Virus genome (UHGV): UHGV-0179541
DNA: 40,933 bases
Direction: 5' to 3' (one strand)
DNA from: a virus
A program made the translations under genes and the position numbers. The notes beneath the pieces are model-generated. The model was not told where the DNA came from, searched no databases, and saw only the letters and a program-made list of their open reading frames with translations. Below, one piece after another: positions 39,534 to 40,933 of the stretch; within the stretch, counting starts at the first letter, position 1, and the number at the start of each line of letters is the position of its first letter.

Positions 39534-40153
39534 TATTCTAATTCCTGATATTTAGCATAGAAGAGTTTGTAACCAATCTTTTGAATTTTGATACTGTCAT
39601 CTTCGTCCAAATATTTATTCGAACAAATTATCATTCCTTTCTTTTTTTGGCCGCCACTATTTATATACTCAATGCTGTAAAGTGAGTACTTTATAGCTAA
39701 AGTTGGATTTATAAGAATCATTGATGAGTTAGAATAAATAAGAAATGTAACCAGTAGCAGAATAGCTAAAGAAAATACACTCATGGGGTCAGAAAGATCT
39801 TGAAAAAGAAATGGCAGAAGATATGTAAAAAGATAACTTATAGATTCACTGTTTTTATTTTCTATGTCGACTATTTTTACAAAATCCCCATCATTATCAA
39901 TGCGTCTTTCCATATTTGATAATAAGAATATTAAACCAACAATACCAAAAACGACAAGAAGAAATATAATCGTAACCGCACCAAAATTTTCAATGTATAA
40001 TATTAATGCCTTCTTGTTCACCCCCCCCCAGTTGAGGTAATCTTTTTTCTTGTATAGTTGATTTACGGTCATAATTAAAAACAAAGGCATGTAAGACACC
40101 AAAAATAGTGTCAACCTTGCTCCTATTTTTAACTCTTCTTTTCGTGATGACAT
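39533..40153 (-). CDS. Four-helix membrane protein, first gene of the two-gene operon (Kiwa KwaA-like by layout only)
   Basis: Hydrophobic helices at roughly aa 20-37, 63-86, 111-125 and 131-148 of the track ORF; probable ATG start at 40153 after GAGG; contains the G9 tract. Confidence 0.55.
   Translation of the reverse strand: MSSRKEELKIGARLTLFLVSYMPLFLIMTVNQLYKKKDYLNWGGVNKKALILYIENFGAVTIIFLLVVFGIVGLIFLLSNMERRIDNDGDFVKIVDIENKNSESISYLFTYLLPFLFQDLSDPMSVFSLAILLLVTFLIYSNSSMILINPTLAIKYSLYSIEYINSGGQKKKGMIICSNKYLDEDDSIKIQKIGYKLFYAKYQELE
40021..40029. repeat. Homopolymer tract, 9 C on plus strand (G9 in the membrane-protein coding strand)
   Basis: Read directly; encodes WGGV. Confidence 0.9.
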
Positions 40154-40438
40154 AGTTCCAAAACCTCGAATCAACGCTTTCTTAGGTACTGATAACTGTA
40201 CCTAGTTTAACCTATAATATCTATGCAACATATTGATATATTGGTTAAAATTCCTTCTTTGATATCCCCTTACTTTCCCATTGATCAGTATGAAAAAACG
40301 TGAGCAATGTCCGTTATTGGCACTGAACGGACCTAAATATTAACGAGCATCCACCTGAAATGATCATAAAAAACTGAGGTATGCCTAATTGGAACTAGGT
40401 AATAGGGCTACCCTCTGAACATCCAAACTACTAGGGGG

Positions 40439-40471
40439 TTTTGATAACTTGTTTTGATAAAATTTTGATAA
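40439..40471. repeat. Three direct repeats of TTTTGATAA near the att site; candidate integrase arm-type sites
   Basis: Copies at 40439, 40452 and 40463; the same TTTTGATAACC motif recurs at 1471..1481 near the other end. Confidence 0.4.
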
Positions 40472-40494
40472 CCGTTAGCAGCCTAACAAAAAAC

Positions 40495-40517
40495 AACGGG
40501 AGCGTTACGCTCCCGTT
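40495..40517 (-). terminator. Rho-independent terminator of icd (AACGGGAGCG-TTAC-GCTCCCGTT)
   Basis: Hairpin immediately after the icd stop, followed by a T run on the minus strand. Confidence 0.75.
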
Positions 40518-40540
40518 AATAAATTTAACAAACAACGGCA

Positions 40541-40933
40541 TTACATGTTTTTGATGATTGCGTCGCCAAACTCGCTACATTTCAGCAGTTTAGCACCTTC
40601 CATCAGACGTTCAAAATCGTAAGTTACGGTCTTGGCGTTGATCGCGCCTTCCATACCTTTAACAATTAAATCAGCCGCTTCGGTCCAACCCATGTGGCGT
40701 AACATCATCTCAGCGGAGAGAATAATAGAGCCAGGGTTTACTTTGTCCTGACCGGCGTATTTCGGCGCAGTACCGTGGGTGGCTTCAAACAGGGCGCATT
40801 CGTCACCGATGTTTGCTCCAGGGGCGATACCGATACCGCCAACCTGCGCTGCCAGAGCGTCAGAAATGTAGTCACCGTTCAGGTTCATACAGGCGATAAC
40901 ATCATATTCAGCCGGACGCAGCAGGATCTGTTG
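40541..40933 (-). CDS. icd: Isocitrate dehydrogenase, 3' portion (gene continues beyond the window)
   Basis: C-terminal sequence [38 protein letters not shown]; ORF open to the window edge. Confidence 0.9.
   Translation of the reverse strand, partial: QQILLRPAEYDVIACMNLNGDYISDALAAQVGGIGIAPGANIGDECALFEATHGTAPKYAGQDKVNPGSIILSAEMMLRHMGWTEAADLIVKGMEGAINAKTVTYDFERLMEGAKLLKCSEFGDAIIKNM

Larger units (their letters stand above)
1189..40705. mobile_element. Prophage integrated in the icd 3' end (e14 / phage-21 type site); mosaic of lambdoid early region, HK97-type head and Mu-type tail; apparently near-complete
   Basis: Bounded by duplicated icd 3' ends; contains int, xis, cI, cro, replication, Q, lysis, terminase, portal, protease, capsid and a full contractile tail set in colinear order. 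Confidence 0.85.

Noticed and set aside
1-40933. tRNA, rRNA, IS elements or transposases
   Set aside because: No ORF resembles a transposase, and I could not recognise any tRNA cloverleaf by eye; a tRNA scan would be needed to exclude tRNAs.

Overview
The window is dominated by a roughly 39.5-kb prophage integrated into the 3' end of icd, the e14 / phage-21 type site. All calls are from reading the sequence and ORF track by eye; no searches were run, and hand-derived coordinates may be off by 1-2 bp. Left flank (1..1188) is AT-rich chromosome with a 107-aa IraM-like ORF. The prophage runs from a displaced icd 3' fragment (1189..1353) to the reconstituted icd 3' end (40541..40705); icd itself continues past the window end on the minus strand. 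Prophage layout, left to right: a DUF262/DUF1524 (GmrSD-like) type IV restriction gene; a truncated Pin-type invertase; a tail-fibre inversion cassette; a Mu-type contractile tail module with a tail-chaperone -1 frameshift; an HK97-type head and packaging module; a lysis cassette; two AT-rich morons; then Q, the nin-like region, a Dam-like methyltransferase, an O-like replication gene with iterons, cII-like, cro/cI, xis and int. The strongest candidate for an undescribed system is the AT-rich cargo island between int and the icd attachment site (37391..40174). It holds a 319-aa orphan gene and a translationally coupled two-gene operon (4-helix membrane protein plus 339-aa soluble protein) whose layout resembles Kiwa. 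The membrane gene contains a G9 homopolymer tract.
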